Assembly (NCBI RefSeq): GCF_006345805.1
Contig: NC_043005.1
Span: forward strand, 54,436,001 to 54,500,000
Reading direction: 5' to 3'
Origin: Octopus sinensis
Lineage: Eukaryota
Length of the DNA stretch: 64,000 nt
Shown here: one piece after another, positions 63,970-64,000 of the stretch
How the letters are laid out: each line of letters opens with the position of its first letter
How positions within the stretch are numbered: position 1 is the stretch's first letter
The notes under the pieces: generated by a model
Told to the model about the DNA's origin: nothing
The model's input: the letters and a program-made list of their open reading frames with translations, nothing else
Database searches by the model: none
Made by a program: the position numbers and the translations under genes

Positions 63970-64000
63970 TACATACATATATACATACATTCATACATAC

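Overview
This is AT-rich, microsatellite-saturated eukaryotic DNA, very probably octopus (coleoid cephalopod), judged from its tRNA-derived SINE families and the TA/CA/GATA/GAT repeats. I can support no host protein-coding exon, so the window looks intronic or intergenic; nearly all listed ORFs are microsatellite read-throughs. Recognisable content is mobile DNA: a near full-length DD34D mariner pseudogene, an internally deleted DD37D (maT-like) Tc1/mariner, a young RTE LINE 3' end, an L2/CR1-type 3' end, an RLE-LINE remnant, two Helitron derivatives, hAT/piggyBac/mariner-like MITEs and dozens of SINEs, often nested. The main hidden signal is a set of about eleven type I hammerhead-ribozyme motifs from at least six sequence families. 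They sit mostly in fold-back (inverted) Penelope-like termini. Where intact they have palindromic stem III (dimer-type), some have long stem II inserts, and two unrelated families carry a compensatory U3-A8 core (UUGAAAA). One 137-bp ribozyme unit is flanked by a 13-bp target-site duplication. All alignments and folds were done by eye; most boundaries are approximate (about 5-20 bp), except where TIRs or TSDs fix them.
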